Notes: generated by a model not told the origin, from the letters alone. A stretch of DNA of 64,000 nt from an uncultured Gemmatimonadales bacterium (GCA_963798085.1 CAWCRS010000001.1:384001-448000), one strand, 5' to 3'; positions 30,470 to 41,222 are shown, counted from the stretch's first letter. Program-made: numbers and translations.

Positions 30470-31656
30470 CAGCGTCGCTCCAGCGCCAGCGCAGCGCGCG
30501 ACGGCGGCCCGGCCAGTGATTCGCTCACAGGTGGCGCTTCCAGGGGCAGACGCAGCCTGACTGTGGCGCCTCCATGTTCGTTGTTAGCAAAGCTCAGGCT
30601 GGTGCTGCCGCTGCTGTACAGCTGCTCCAGCCGCGCGCGTGTATTGGACAGGCCGACGCCCTCGCGCGCGGGGCCGCCGTCCGGGAAGCCGATGCCGCTG
30701 TCGCTCACTTCCAGCAGCAGTGCGCCGCTCGTTTGCTGCGCGCGGATGCGGATGTGGCCCGCGCCCGGCTTGCGCGCGATGCCGTGGCGCACGGCGTTTT
30801 CCACCAGCGGCTGCAGCACGAGTGTGGGCACCAGCAGGCCGAGCGTATCGTCGTCGACATCAATGGCGACTTCCAGCCGGTCGCGGAAGCGGATGCGCTC
30901 AATGCCGAGGTACTGCTCAAGGAAGTGCAGCTCCTCCTCGAGCGGCACCTTCTGCGCCGCTTCGCGGTCCAGCGTGATGCGCAGCAGGTCGCCCAGGCGG
31001 GCCAGCACGCGCACGGCCGCATCGTCTTCCTGGCGCCGCACCAGCCCGGCAATCGCGTTCAGCGTGTTGAACAGGAAATGCGGGTGCAGCTCCATGCGCA
31101 GCGCATTGAGCCGCGCTTCGGTCATGCTGGCCTGCAGCTGTGCCGCCTGCACTTCCAGGCGTGCCGCGTTCAGCTGGCTGAGCCGTAACCGACTGTTATA
31201 GACGAGCGCGTGGTGTACACCCACGATCGCCCAGTAGGTGACGAAGTTGAGCATGCTGAACGACTCGATCCAGCGCTGCACCATGAAGCCGTAGCCGGGC
31301 ACGTGACCCCGCGCGCTGGTCTGGTAGTAGAGCCCGCCGATCAGCGCGATGTGCAGCATGGTGAACAGGACCGCGCTCAGGAGGTGCACCGGCAGGAAGC
31401 GACGGCCGCGTGCGTCGCCCAGCGGAAATCGGTCGGCAATGCGGAATATCAGCGGCGTCGCCAGAGCCCAGAACCACCACCAGGGCATGTTGCCGATCAG
31501 TGCAGCGCGCAACGCGACCGGCGTGCCGTGCACCTTCCCCGAAACGTACGCCTTGCAGGACTCGATCAGTCCCATGACCGTCCAGCACCCAATGATCCCC
31601 AGCCAGTGGCCGCCAGCCGCGCCGTCTGCCGCGGTTGCGATCGCGTCTTCACTCAT
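30469..31656 (-). CDS. LytS-type sensor histidine kinase
   Basis: N-terminal TMs; LHPHFLFNTLN; LQPLVENAVRHG; DSGIG; GVGLSNTRARL. Confidence 0.95.
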   Translation of the reverse strand: MSEDAIATAADGAAGGHWLGIIGCWTVMGLIESCKAYVSGKVHGTPVALRAALIGNMPWWWFWALATPLIFRIADRFPLGDARGRRFLPVHLLSAVLFTMLHIALIGGLYYQTSARGHVPGYGFMVQRWIESFSMLNFVTYWAIVGVHHALVYNSRLRLSQLNAARLEVQAAQLQASMTEARLNALRMELHPHFLFNTLNAIAGLVRRQEDDAAVRVLARLGDLLRITLDREAAQKVPLEEELHFLEQYLGIERIRFRDRLEVAIDVDDDTLGLLVPTLVLQPLVENAVRHGIARKPGAGHIRIRAQQTSGALLLEVSDSGIGFPDGGPAREGVGLSNTRARLEQLYSSGSTSLSFANNEHGGATVRLRLPLEAPPVSESLAGPPSRAALALERR

Positions 31657-31857
31657 GCGCGCAAGCTCGAACCCGCATCGTCACACGGCAATCGCGCTGG
31701 GAGGAACAAGCCGCCACCGCGGGCGGATCGACAGGGAACGGCTGCGGCGCCACCGACCACAGCCGCCCCCATCGATCCTTCCCCCTCCTCACTCCGCCTG
31801 CACCGCAACCGCAGCCCCCCACCCCCTCACCGGCCACCCGCAACGTCTGACCCCCAA

Positions 31858-32020
31858 AGTCCGTATCCGTCCTCTGCTGCCCCTGTGGCCCCTGCGTGAT
31901 GATGTGATTCCGTAGAGTCCGTATCCGTCCTCTGCTGCCCCTGTGGCCCCTGTGTGATGATGTGATTCCGTAGAGTCCGTATCCGTCCTCTGCTGCCCCT
32001 GTGGCCCCTGTGTGATGATG
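31858..32020. repeat. 58-bp tandem repeat, 2.8 copies, related to repeat family 1
   Basis: AGTCCGTATCCGTCCTCTGCTGCCCCTGTGGCCCCTGYGTGATGATG starts at 31858, 31916 and 31974. Confidence 0.95.
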
Positions 32021-32101
32021 GTCCCCACCCTGTGTCCTCTCCGCTAAACCTCCCGAAGACCGGGATGCCGCCAGAAAAAGAACAGAACCGCGCTCTGCAC
32101 G

Positions 32102-33178
32102 TCACGACGCACTGTAAAGGAGTGTCAGCCGCGTCTTCCAGGCACCGCTGCCCGCCGCCGCGACCTCCCAGGTCTGCTGCACCGCTCCGCCACTCACAGC
32201 CGACCATGTGACGCGCACATCAATGTCGCGGCCGCCGTCACCCTTCTCGCTGCCGGTCATCACCATGGCCTGACCGGCGAGGCCGCCGCTCAGCTCAATG
32301 CGCTCGCCCTGACTGTCCATGTACGTCATGAACCAGTGCCGGACGACGACGTCGTAGTAGACGAATGCGAGCGCCTGCAGGCCGCGCCCGGAATCGAAGT
32401 GCTCCTGCAGCAGACAGCCGCTCAGGTCCGACTCGACGCTCGCATTGCCCACCACGGGGCCGGGGCTGGCGCGAACCGTCCAGCTGCCCAGCCAGAAGTC
32501 GAGCTGCCGCGACAGTGCGCTGACGCCGCCCGGACTGCAGTTGTCCGTGCCCGGCGGCGCCACGGGCTGCACGTCGTGCCCGCGCAGATACCGGCCCGTG
32601 AAGGGGAACGACAGTCCGGCCCCCGGTATCTCGAGCAGGCCGTGCTGGATCAGTTCGTCCGCCGAGACCGGTGTCCACTCGTAGGTGTCGAGGAACAGCA
32701 ATCCGCTGTTAGCCGATATGCGCTGGCCCTTCAGCAGCATGTTGCCGTTGGGCTGGATGTCGCCGGCCATGCGCAGCTGGCCCAGGCCTTCCGCGACCCA
32801 GGTCTGGTGCCACTGGCCATCATCCCGGTCGAAGGCATTGAGGCTGCGTCCGCGCTGGCCTCCGGCTGCCGTCCAGTTCTCCTCGACCACACAACCACCC
32901 ACCAGCGACTTCACGATGTTCGTGCCGATCTGCGCACCCGCGGTGTTGAATACGTTCCACTCGCCCACCCAGAAGTCGAACTTGCGATAGTCGGCCGTGG
33001 TGCAGCCCGGCTGCGGATACATGCGCGTGAGGTCACCCACACCATAGACAGAAAACGCGATCTGGTCAGGCGGCGTCGTCGCCTGCACCACGCCTGTGGG
33101 CGACTCTGCGTGCGAACACGCCCACGCGCCCGCTCCGCCGAGTACCGCAATGAGCGCTGTTGCCCTGCTGCTGCGCAT
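32102..33178 (-). CDS. Putative lipoprotein with two tandem beta-rich domains (FDFWVGEW / LDFWLGSW)
   Basis: AWAC lipobox-like; internal duplication C..DFWxGxW..GC..E..G..W..T. Confidence 0.75.
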   Translation of the reverse strand: MRSSRATALIAVLGGAGAWACSHAESPTGVVQATTPPDQIAFSVYGVGDLTRMYPQPGCTTADYRKFDFWVGEWNVFNTAGAQIGTNIVKSLVGGCVVEENWTAAGGQRGRSLNAFDRDDGQWHQTWVAEGLGQLRMAGDIQPNGNMLLKGQRISANSGLLFLDTYEWTPVSADELIQHGLLEIPGAGLSFPFTGRYLRGHDVQPVAPPGTDNCSPGGVSALSRQLDFWLGSWTVRASPGPVVGNASVESDLSGCLLQEHFDSGRGLQALAFVYYDVVVRHWFMTYMDSQGERIELSGGLAGQAMVMTGSEKGDGGRDIDVRVTWSAVSGGAVQQTWEVAAAGSGAWKTRLTLLYSAS

Positions 33179-33414
33179 ACCACCTCCCGCTCGCGAATCC
33201 ACGCGCGGCAGCCGCATCGCGCGCCGCCGCATTTGTGCTCATTGATGGTTGATCGCGATGCGCATGACGTGCACTCGTGGGGCGGATCGTGGTGGGCGGG
33301 GGCGAGCTGTGGCGGGCAATGACAGGACGCATGAGCATGCGCCCCTTCCGGGCTGGCGTTCTGCGGGCGGCGCTGGCCGTTCGCTCGCCACGGCAGCATC
33401 TTTGCCGGACCCCT

Positions 33415-36054
33415 ATGAGTGGCATTCCCGAACGCCTCGCCGCCGCACTGGCAGACCGCTATCGCATCGAGCGTCAGCTCGGCGCGGGCGGTATGGCGAC
33501 GGTCTACCTCGCCCTCGATCTGCGCCATCGACGCAGAGTCGCGATCAAGGTGCTGCGCCCGGAGCTCGCCGCCGTGGTCGGGGCCGAGCGGTTTCTCAAG
33601 GAAATCGAGGTCACCGCCCGACTGCAGAATCCGCACATCCTGCCGCTGTTCGATTCGGGTGAAGCGGATTCCTTCCTGTTCTATGTCATGCCCTATGTCG
33701 AGGGCGAAAGTCTGCGCGATCGGCTGGACCGGGAGAAGCAGATCGCCGTCGCCGACGCCGTGCGCATTGCCATGGAGGTCTCGAGCGCGCTCGACTATGC
33801 GCACCGACAGGGCGTGATCCATCGCGACATCAAGCCCGAGAATATCCTGCTGCATGATGGCAGGGCGCTGGTCGCGGATTTCGGCATCGCGCTGGCCGTG
33901 CAGCAGGCCGGGGGCCGCCGCCTTACGGAAACCGGGCTGAATCCCGGCACGCCACAGTACATGAGCCCTGAGCAGGCCACGGCGGATCGCGAGCTGGATG
34001 CCCGCAGTGATGTCTTCTCGCTGGGTGCTGTATTGTACGAGATGCTGGCTGGCGAACCGCCACACGCGGCGCCGACGGCGCAGGCGGTCATCGCCTCGCT
34101 GGTGGCGAAGGATGCGCCGCCCGTCTCGTCCCGTCGCAAGACGGTGCCCGCCGCCATTGTGGCTGCAGTGCAGACCGCTTTGCAGAAACTGCCGGCCGAT
34201 CGTTTCCCCTCGGCTGCCGCGTTTTCGGCAGCACTCGCAGCGCCCACGCATGCAGGTCCTGCGGTGTTTCCAGACATCATGGCGCAACGATGGTGGCGGC
34301 GGGTGAGCGTTGTGCTGGGTGCGGCGGTGGTCGTGCTCGCGGCAGTCGCCGCGTGGGCGGTCTCCAATCGATCGACAGTGCCCGCACCGCGCGTCTTCAA
34401 TGCCGGGCTGCCGGACTCCGCGCAAATGAGCTTTGCCGCGACCACGGCCACAGTCGCCTTCGGCTCGCCCATGACCAATCTTTCCGTTGCCTCTAACGGC
34501 GAGTTTGTGGTGTACGCGGTGCAGCGCGGCGACTCGACGCACCTCTGGTACCGCAGCCTGGTGGACGCCACGGCCCGGCCCATCGCGGGCACCAGCGAAG
34601 GCATTGCGCCGCGCGTGTCGCCCGATGGACGGTGGGTCGCTTTTGTCGCCGCCAGTCGCATCATGATCGTGCCCATCGAGGGAGGTGAGCCCCGGCGCCT
34701 GGTCGACGGCAACGCCTTCGTTGCCCTCGACTGGGTATCGCCCACCAGGATCCTGGCTACCGATGATGACGGCGAGCGGCTTCGCTGGCTCGATTCAGTG
34801 GTCGGACAGACGAGCGAGCAGGCCATTCCCAATTGCATCCAGCCGAGCCTCCTGCCGGATGGCCGACGCATGCTCTGCGGCGGTGGTAATTTCCTGTTTG
34901 CGCACATTGTCGACCCGGCGACCGGTGCGCTGACGGTTGTGCGCTCACGATCCGGCAGCGGGTCGGAGGCTGCGCCCGTGTACGGATCACACTTCCGCAT
35001 CGTGGATGGGCGCTACCTCGTCTATCTCTCGCTGGATGGCGACCTGCGCGCTGCCGCATTCGATGCGGCTGCCGGTATCGTCGGGCGGGCGGTGACCCTG
35101 GTGCCCGGCGTGCGCACCGAAGCCTACACGGGCGCCGGTCAATACGACCTCACGCCCTCCGGAACGCTCGTGTTCGCGCCTGGCGCCAACGCGGAGACGG
35201 GCCGTCTGGTCAAGCTCCGCCGCGGTCAGCTTCCTGAGCCGCTCCCGGTCGAAGCCGCACCCTTTCTGCGCTACGACCTGAGCCGCGATGGCCGCCATCT
35301 CGCCGCCGTCGTGCAGGCCTTGGGTCACCAGGAGCTGCGCGTCTACGACCTGCGCGACGGGCGCCGTCAGGTGTGGCTGCAGGCAGAACAGGTGGGTCAT
35401 CCGCTGTGGTCGCCCCGCGGCAATCGCATCATCGTGCTGCTCGGTGATTCGGCTCACTGGTCGCTGGTGGCCGGATCACCAGACGCGGCCCGTCCTCCGG
35501 ATACGCTGTACCATGCCGTGGCGGCCGACGAATGCCCCAGCCCAATGGACTTCCACGACGAACACCTGGTTATTGCCGGCTGCTTTTCCAGCAACAGCAT
35601 CCTTGTCTTCGATCCCGATGCCCGTCCCCTCCGCTTTGACACGATCGCAAGAAATGTCGGCTTCCCGACCATGGCGCCCGATCGACACCACCTGGCCTGG
35701 CTCGCCGTTTCCGGTCAGGTTCTGGTGTTGCCGTACCCGGCGCTGGATCGTCGCGTTCAGGTTTCTGCCACGGGCACCGAGCCGCTCTGGCTCACCTCCA
35801 CGGACATCATTTTTCGCTCGGGAGTCGGGTGGTACATTGCGCGCATCGATGCCACCGGCGACCTCGTCGGCCAGCCTGAGCCCTGGGCGCGCGACCCGCG
35901 TTTCTCCGACACGCCCGGCTGGTCGAATCGACCTTCGTGGGATGGCGGCATCATCTACGTGCAGGGCCCGGCACAGACGGATGCCCCGTTCCTGCGCGTC
36001 ATGCCCGGCTGGGTGAAGCAGATGGAGAAGGCTGTGGATCAGGCGAACCGCTGA
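33415..36054 (+). CDS. Hanks-type Ser/Thr protein kinase with TM and TolB-like propeller
   Basis: LGAGGMATVY, VAIK, HRDIKPEN, DFG, GTPQYMSPE; SPDGRW-type repeats. Confidence 0.95.
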   Translation: MSGIPERLAAALADRYRIERQLGAGGMATVYLALDLRHRRRVAIKVLRPELAAVVGAERFLKEIEVTARLQNPHILPLFDSGEADSFLFYVMPYVEGESLRDRLDREKQIAVADAVRIAMEVSSALDYAHRQGVIHRDIKPENILLHDGRALVADFGIALAVQQAGGRRLTETGLNPGTPQYMSPEQATADRELDARSDVFSLGAVLYEMLAGEPPHAAPTAQAVIASLVAKDAPPVSSRRKTVPAAIVAAVQTALQKLPADRFPSAAAFSAALAAPTHAGPAVFPDIMAQRWWRRVSVVLGAAVVVLAAVAAWAVSNRSTVPAPRVFNAGLPDSAQMSFAATTATVAFGSPMTNLSVASNGEFVVYAVQRGDSTHLWYRSLVDATARPIAGTSEGIAPRVSPDGRWVAFVAASRIMIVPIEGGEPRRLVDGNAFVALDWVSPTRILATDDDGERLRWLDSVVGQTSEQAIPNCIQPSLLPDGRRMLCGGGNFLFAHIVDPATGALTVVRSRSGSGSEAAPVYGSHFRIVDGRYLVYLSLDGDLRAAAFDAAAGIVGRAVTLVPGVRTEAYTGAGQYDLTPSGTLVFAPGANAETGRLVKLRRGQLPEPLPVEAAPFLRYDLSRDGRHLAAVVQALGHQELRVYDLRDGRRQVWLQAEQVGHPLWSPRGNRIIVLLGDSAHWSLVAGSPDAARPPDTLYHAVAADECPSPMDFHDEHLVIAGCFSSNSILVFDPDARPLRFDTIARNVGFPTMAPDRHHLAWLAVSGQVLVLPYPALDRRVQVSATGTEPLWLTSTDIIFRSGVGWYIARIDATGDLVGQPEPWARDPRFSDTPGWSNRPSWDGGIIYVQGPAQTDAPFLRVMPGWVKQMEKAVDQANR

Positions 36055-36177
36055 CACCAGACCCAGACATCGGGAAGCCCCGACGCAGTCGATGGAGCCC
36101 GCCTGGTCGAGGTCACCAGGCCGGGTGCACGCGGCATCCGCCGGCAAACGCCGCAGCGCCCGCAGTGTCCGCAGCGC

Positions 36178-37947
36178 CTAACGGCCCGTTATGGTCACGG
36201 CACTGCCCGGCCGCTGATACACCACACGACCGTGGAACAGCGTCAACTGGCACTGCATGTCGCGGATCTGCTCGGGTGTGGCCGAATAGATGTCGCGATC
36301 CCAGACGGCGATGTCCGCATACTTGCCGGCCTCGATCGAGCCGATCTTCTGCTCGAGGAACATCTGGTGCGCGGCCCAGATGGTCACGGCACGCAGTGCG
36401 CTGTGGATGTCGATGGCTTCGGCGGTGCCGAACGGTGTCGGACCATACACGCCCAGCAGCGTCCTGCGCGTCACTGCGGCATAGAGCGCGTAGCGCGCGG
36501 GGAACGGGGTGACGCCGAAATCCGAGCCGTTCGCCCAGATCATCCCCTTCGACAGGTACGTGTGGAACGGATTCAGCCGCTGGGAGCGCTGCGGTCCGAA
36601 GTTGCCCGCGTAGGTGTCGCCGATCCACCACATGAACGTCGCCGATGGCTCGGGATAGCCGGCGTCGTACTTCTTCTGCAGCTCCGCCATGACGTCAATG
36701 GCGTGGTCGGTGGGAATGTTCGAGTGGATGATGCCGAGGCGCAGACCCTGCCTGTGGTTGGCATCGAGCGCCAGCTTGTAGCTGTCCACCACCCAGTCGA
36801 TGCCGCGATCGCCGATCGAGTGGATGCTCACGTGCAGCCCGGCATCGGTGAAAAGCCTGATCTGCTGCCGCAGGATGTCCGGATCGGTGGCGGGATAGCC
36901 GCGATTGCCGGTGTCCACGGAATCGCGGTTGCGGTTCCAGTCGTCGTACAGCCACGCGGTGCGCGCGCCGCCGCTGCCGTCGACATACATCTTGATGCCG
37001 CCCGAGATCAGGTGGTCATCGCCGGTCGACAGGTACGGCTTCGTGAAGGGCCCCACGCGCTCGAGCAATTGCTGCGCGGCCTCCAGCGTCTTGCCCGCTA
37101 CCCACAGCACGAAGACACGCACGTTGAGCGAGTCCTGGCGCAGCACTTCCTGGTAGGTCTCCCATTGCCCCAGGTTGATGGCCGGGTCCTTCACGCCCGT
37201 CATGCCCTCGGCGTTGAAAGCGCGCACCAGGTCCTTCATTGCGGTAACACGCTGTTCACGCGTGGCGCCGGGAACCAGCCGCCGCACCAGACCCTGCGCA
37301 CTCTCTTTCAGCACGCCCGTGGGCCGTCCGTCCGCGGCGCGGTCGATGGTGCCGCGCGCGGGATCCTGCGTAGCCGCACTGATGCCCGCCATGCGCAGCG
37401 CCGCACTGTTGGCGACGCCGTAGTGCCCCATGGTCTGACTCAACCACACCGGATTGTCCGGCGCCACCGCATCCAGATCCGCCGCCGTGATGTAGCGGCG
37501 TTCGTCCAGCTTGCCCTCGTCCCAGCCGGCGCCTTCGATCCACTCGCCCGGCTTCGCCCTGCGCACACGCGCGGCAATCGTTTCCTTCACATCACGAATG
37601 CTCTTCACACGCGGGTAGCTCAGGTCGAGCACGTACATGCGGTCCACCGACGCGGCGCTGAAGTGCGCGTGCGCATCGAGCAGCCCGGGCGTCGCGGTGA
37701 GCCCGTGCAGGTCGATCCGCCGGGTCGACGGTCCCGCTAACCGCGTGATATCCGCGGTCGTGCCCACGGCGATAATGCGACCGTCCTTGACCGCGACCGC
37801 CTGCGCCACGCGATCGTTCGCGTCCACCGTGATCACCCGGCCGTTCACGAGGATCAGGTCGGCATCGAGCGGACCCGCGGCGCGCTGCACGGCCGACACG
37901 GGCCACAGCGCGAGCAGCGCAATCGAGAAGAGAGTGCGTGTCTTCAT
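36178..37947 (-). CDS. Amidohydrolase 3 (YtcJ-like), secreted
   Basis: PGLLDAHAH, KMYVDGSGGARTA, HSIGDRG, GSDF, GSIEAGKYAD. Confidence 0.93.
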   Translation of the reverse strand: MKTRTLFSIALLALWPVSAVQRAAGPLDADLILVNGRVITVDANDRVAQAVAVKDGRIIAVGTTADITRLAGPSTRRIDLHGLTATPGLLDAHAHFSAASVDRMYVLDLSYPRVKSIRDVKETIAARVRRAKPGEWIEGAGWDEGKLDERRYITAADLDAVAPDNPVWLSQTMGHYGVANSAALRMAGISAATQDPARGTIDRAADGRPTGVLKESAQGLVRRLVPGATREQRVTAMKDLVRAFNAEGMTGVKDPAINLGQWETYQEVLRQDSLNVRVFVLWVAGKTLEAAQQLLERVGPFTKPYLSTGDDHLISGGIKMYVDGSGGARTAWLYDDWNRNRDSVDTGNRGYPATDPDILRQQIRLFTDAGLHVSIHSIGDRGIDWVVDSYKLALDANHRQGLRLGIIHSNIPTDHAIDVMAELQKKYDAGYPEPSATFMWWIGDTYAGNFGPQRSQRLNPFHTYLSKGMIWANGSDFGVTPFPARYALYAAVTRRTLLGVYGPTPFGTAEAIDIHSALRAVTIWAAHQMFLEQKIGSIEAGKYADIAVWDRDIYSATPEQIRDMQCQLTLFHGRVVYQRPGSAVTITGR

Positions 37948-38015
37948 GCCATGTCTCGGCCCCAGACCTTGCTGAGCGATTGAATGAACTGCAACTGCCG
38001 GGGGCAGGCGACGAT

Positions 38016-38300
38016 TCACTTCGCGTTCGCGGCGCGCAGAAACCTCTCTGCCAGCCGCTGCAGGCGGCGCTGGTCCTGCTGGATGGCCTGCTCCAGAATG
38101 GCCTGCACGTGTGCGACGAGGCGAGGATCGCCCCAGGCGTAGCCGGTCGCCAGCTCCGCGCTGCGCGAATCGCCTTCGTCGGCACCCTGCAGCAGCGCCC
38201 ATGCGGACGCTTCCGCGTAGTATGGCGATGCCGGATCGGGCAGCTGGTAGCGCGGCCCGGGCTCATTACCCGCATCGTCCTTGACGAATGCTCTCGACAT
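38016..38300 (-). CDS. Small hypothetical protein starting MSRAFVKDD
   Basis: Protein-like 94-aa C-terminal part of ORF 38016-38585. Confidence 0.65.
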   Translation of the reverse strand: MSRAFVKDDAGNEPGPRYQLPDPASPYYAEASAWALLQGADEGDSRSAELATGYAWGDPRLVAHVQAILEQAIQQDQRRLQRLAERFLRAANAK

Positions 38301-38666
38301 TTGACTGCTGTTGCTCGTTCGCAGCTCGGCGCCCGGCGCACCCGGGACGCCTGCCGCAACCTCGCCCGCGCGTGTCGGCGAAGCAAGGCTTCGACCGGTC
38401 CTGTCTTGAAGGTCGGATGGGTGCCTGCCCGGCCGGTGGTTGCAGCCGGTCCGGCCTTGCTGCACCCACGTGCCGGTCATTGTCTGTCCCCTGCATGTGC
38501 GCAGGCACACGTGCAGCACGATCGCAGGAGGCGCCCGGCTTGACCCGGGTACTGGCGACAACCTGCTGTTACCCGGTCGGCTCACCCTTCGCGACGCGCT
38601 GCCAGCGGAACCACCGGCCCGCGTCGATGCGGCTGTGTCTGACCGCGACGACCTTCGTTGTGGCGA

Positions 38667-39020
38667 CTATGCGGAGGCGAGCCAGTCCTCTGCTTCACGC
38701 CGCTCCTCGAACACCCGCAGACTCCGACCCTTCCTGGCTTCGAGCAGGAATTCGCGGAACCGCTCACCGTGTGCGGGGGCCGGCGGGATGATCGCGGCGA
38801 GGCGAATGTGGTAGTTCTCCAGCTTCTGCAGGAACTCGCCGGCGAACTGCGTGCGCAGTTCGAAGAACTGCGGTGGCAGCCAGCGCGACTCGATCAGCAG
38901 GCGAAGCGACGCGTTCTCTATGCACGCCGCCACCAGCGCCAGCGCATCGGCGGGCCTGGCGATGGCTTCCGTGCATTCGACAATGCGCGCGCCCGCGCGC
39001 TCGTGCACCGTCACGAGCAT
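38667..39020 (-). CDS. DUF4180 family protein
   Basis: LPPQFFELRTQFAGEFLQKLENY..FREFLLEARKG..EAEDWL. Confidence 0.88.
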   Translation of the reverse strand: MLVTVHERAGARIVECTEAIARPADALALVAACIENASLRLLIESRWLPPQFFELRTQFAGEFLQKLENYHIRLAAIIPPAPAHGERFREFLLEARKGRSLRVFEERREAEDWLASA

Positions 39021-39023
39021 GAT

Positions 39024-39364
39024 TCAGCCTCCCGCAGCGGCGCGATCGACCCGTTCGGCCGCTTCATGCAGTGTTGCGCACTGTAATGTCGCGTCAGGAT
39101 GCTGCCGGCGCACCAGAATGGCGCGCATCCCGACGCGCTCCGCTCCAACAACGTCGGCCTTCCAGTTGTCGCCGATCATCCAGCCACGCCGGGCTTCAGG
39201 ATGGTCCTGAATAACGCGTTCGAACGCCAGCAGATTCGGCTTCTCGATCCCGGTGCACGCCGGGCTGTACACGGCCGCGAAATGCAGGCGCACAAGGTGC
39301 TCGTCCATTCGCCCGGACGCAGCGCCAGCGTTCCATCAGAATCCCAGACCAGGAATCGCTGCAT
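39024..39364 (-). pseudogene. Internally deleted HAD-family hydrolase
   Basis: Motif I (LVWDSDGTL) is joined out of frame to motifs III/IV (GIEKP..WMIGDNWKADVVGA); cap and motif II absent. Confidence 0.75.
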
Positions 39365-39431
39365 GGCGCCGGCGCCGCGGGGAAGATGGTCGAGTTGGCA
39401 GCCCTCGCAGGACCGCGAGGACTGTGGAGCG

Positions 39432-40775
39432 TCATTTGCGCGTTTCGAGCGCGACGATGCGGTCGATCTCGTCGGCGCGCGCAGCCGGCAGCACCAGGGT
39501 TATGGCCGCGTCGCTCTGTGTGAATGCCACTGCCCGGCCGCTGTCCAGCATGCGCGCCCGCTGCACGCGGGCGCCGAACGCGGGGATCGACAGCGCCGCG
39601 TCGCGCCAGTCCAGCACATGCACGAACACCGTGTCGGCCCTGCGGGTCGTCACGCCCCAGGAACGCGGTGTTATCGGGCCGCCACGCGTGCCGTATATGG
39701 CGCCGCCATACGTGTCCAGCCAGTGACCGATCTCGCGCAGCCGCTCGGCCGCTTCGGGTGGAATCGTGCCATCCGGCCGCGGTCCGATGTTGAGCAGCAG
39801 ATTCGCGTCGTTGCCGGCCGCGCGCACCAGGGTGCCGATCAGCTCGCGCGTCGACTTGTACGCGTGATCCGTGATGTTGAAGCCCCAGGAGCGATTCATG
39901 GTGAGCGACGTCTCCAGCGGCAGCGCGCCGATCTGCGTGGTGTTGAAGCCCGCCGTGTTGGCGCCCGGCAGATCCTGCTCGAACGTCTGCACATCCTCGC
40001 CCGGCAGTGGCGCCTGGTGGTGGTTGGGCACAATCAGCGCCGCCGGCTGCAGGCGGTGAATCAGCGCGTACGTGCGCGCCAGCTGCCAGTCCGCGTCCGG
40101 CTTGTCCCACATGCCGTCGAACCAGATGCCACCCAGCGGACCGTAATGCGTGAGCAGCTCCGTCAGCTGCGCGTTCATGAAGTCCAGATAGCGGCTCCAT
40201 TCGCCGCTCTCGGGTCGCCCCGTGGCGTGTCCCGTCTGCCCGCGCGGCCAGTAGTCGGGGTGATGCCAGTCGAGCTGCGAATAGTAGAAGAACAGCCGGA
40301 TGCCCTGCGCGCGACACGCGTCGGCCAGCTCCTTCAGCGGATCCCGCGCAAAGCGTGTCCAGTGCACGATGTCGTAACGCGTGGCGTCACTCGCGAACAT
40401 CGAGAAGCCATCGTGATGACGCGCTGTTATCGTGATGTAGCGCACGCCCGCAGCTTTGGCCACGCTCACCCATGCGCTGGCATCGTACTTGACCGGATCG
40501 AACGTGGACGCCAGCCACTCGTACGTCGGCACCGGGATCTCGCGGTTCTGCATGACCCACTCGCCCTGACCCAGCAGGCTGTAGACGCCCCAGTGGATGA
40601 ACATCCCGAACTTCGCGTCACGGAACCACTGCCGCGCCGCCACCCGCTCCGGCGGGACGGAGTCGGTCGCCTGGCGTGCGCCCGCGGGCCGTACCATGGT
40701 GGCGATCAGCAGCATTGCCGAGAGAGCGCTCCGGAGCCGGCCCGTCATCACGTGGGTGTGGCACGTCGCGTACAT
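39432..40775 (-). CDS. Alpha-L-fucosidase (GH29)
   Basis: WFRDAKFGMFIHWGVYS, TARHHDGF, GIWFDG, NLLLNIGP. Confidence 0.95.
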   Translation of the reverse strand: MYATCHTHVMTGRLRSALSAMLLIATMVRPAGARQATDSVPPERVAARQWFRDAKFGMFIHWGVYSLLGQGEWVMQNREIPVPTYEWLASTFDPVKYDASAWVSVAKAAGVRYITITARHHDGFSMFASDATRYDIVHWTRFARDPLKELADACRAQGIRLFFYYSQLDWHHPDYWPRGQTGHATGRPESGEWSRYLDFMNAQLTELLTHYGPLGGIWFDGMWDKPDADWQLARTYALIHRLQPAALIVPNHHQAPLPGEDVQTFEQDLPGANTAGFNTTQIGALPLETSLTMNRSWGFNITDHAYKSTRELIGTLVRAAGNDANLLLNIGPRPDGTIPPEAAERLREIGHWLDTYGGAIYGTRGGPITPRSWGVTTRRADTVFVHVLDWRDAALSIPAFGARVQRARMLDSGRAVAFTQSDAAITLVLPAARADEIDRIVALETRK

Positions 40776-41033
40776 GGTTACGCTCTCCCCGCAGAAGTCG
40801 TCGACCTGCCGTCTGCGATCGACCGGCCCGCCCGACCGGGCGCAGGCGCCGAGTCCCGTTGTGACCGCGTCACCCATGGCACTGTCCCGGCCACCATGCG
40901 CTCATGGGGCACAACGAAAGAAGTGGCCGCGGCGCGCTGAACGGCGGGTGTTGCCCGTTTCGAGCGGTGCGTGCAAACCCTTGCACGATCGGGTGTTGCC
41001 GAAATGGCAAAGGAGGGTGGGGGCGTCAACGGC

Positions 41034-41220
41034 CCGGACCGTCTTGGCGTTCGTGGCTTGCGACCCATTGTCAAATCCGTGCGGCCCGCACCGCCGTCAC
41101 TCTGACCTGGAGAATGCCCGCATCGTGGGGCTACGGCGCATGTAGACACGCCAAGCAGTCGCTATCCACAGACCGCCATGTTTGAATGGCGCAACTCCCA
41201 AGAACGCCAAGACGGTCCGG
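41034..41220. repeat. Inverted-repeat-bounded element A (187 bp; MITE/REPIN-like)
   Basis: CCGGACCGTCTTGGCGTTC ... GAACGCCAAGACGGTCCGG. Confidence 0.85.
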
Positions 41221-41222
41221 AA

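Noticed and set aside
31858..32020. Possible CRISPR array
   Set aside because: Units are contiguous and near-identical with no unique spacers, and no cas genes are in the window
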